DNA of 5,384 nucleotides from a virus (Duplodnaviria; Heunggongvirae; Uroviricota; Caudoviricetes). Position numbers and translations under genes: made by a program. The notes under the pieces are model-generated. The model saw nothing but the letters and a program-made list of their open reading frames with translations, ran no database searches and was not told the origin of the DNA. Below, piece after piece: positions 5,129-5,384 of the stretch (positions are counted from its first letter, which is position 1; each line of letters starts with the position of its first letter). Where the stretch lies: IMG/VR virus record IMGVR_UViG_2537562231_000019. One strand, written 5' to 3'.

Positions 5129-5384
5129 TGTATGATGGTGTTTTTGAGGTGCTCCAGTGGCTTCTGTTTCTATCAGCTGTCCCTCCTGTTCAGCTACTGA
5201 CGGGGTGGTGCGTAACGGCAAAAGCACCGCCGGACATCAGCGCTATCTCTGCTCTCACTGCCGTAAAACATGGCAACTGCAGTTCACTTACACCGCTTCT
5301 CAACCCGGTACGCACCAGAAAATCATTGATATGGCCATGAATGGCGTTGGATGCCGGGCAACCGCCCGCATTATGGGCGTTGGC
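5102..5384 (+). mobile_element. IS1 insertion sequence, left end and 5' portion (continues beyond window)
   Basis: Starts with the characteristic IS1 terminal inverted repeat GGTGATGCTGCCAACTTACTGAT (5102-5124), followed by sequence recognised as IS1 including the insA start. Confidence 0.95.
5157..5384 (+). CDS. insA: IS1 InsA (transposition regulator), N-terminal 76 codons; 3' end beyond window
   Basis: Translation from GTG 5157: [76 protein letters not shown], matching InsA as recalled. Track ORF 5128..5340 is a different frame and is rejected. Confidence 0.9.
   Translation, partial: MASVSISCPSCSATDGVVRNGKSTAGHQRYLCSHCRKTWQLQFTYTASQPGTHQKIIDMAMNGVGCRATARIMGVG

Noticed and set aside
5128-5340. 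Track ORF 5128..5340 (+)
   Set aside because: Wrong frame inside IS1; the InsA frame starting at GTG 5157 matches the known InsA sequence.
1-5384. CRISPR arrays or tRNA genes
   Set aside because: No regularly spaced direct repeats with unique spacers, and no T-loop (GGTTCGAATCC-like) or cloverleaf-compatible segments were found in the intergenic regions.

Overview
This window reads as the late region of a lambdoid / HK97-like prophage from an enterobacterium, transcribed almost entirely on the minus strand. From high to low coordinate: a partial IS1 copy (insA 5' part) abutting a truncated plus-strand ORF; a signal-anchored T4-type endolysin; a bidirectional hairpin terminator; four tandem micro-ORFs encoding related single-TM peptides; lambda-like Rz with embedded Rz1; an AT-rich moron encoding a TonB C-terminal-domain lipoprotein preceded by a palindrome; a small divergent YlcI-like ORF; an HNH endonuclease; an intergenic cos-like region with five GTTAAC-core palindromic repeats; the terminase small subunit; and the terminase large subunit, which runs off the window. 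No canonical holin lies upstream of the endolysin. The most unusual content is the micro-ORF array between endolysin and spanins, the TonB-like lipoprotein, and the GTTAAC repeat cluster. All calls come from manual translation and pattern reading; no database search was possible, so family names are recollection-based and need confirmation.
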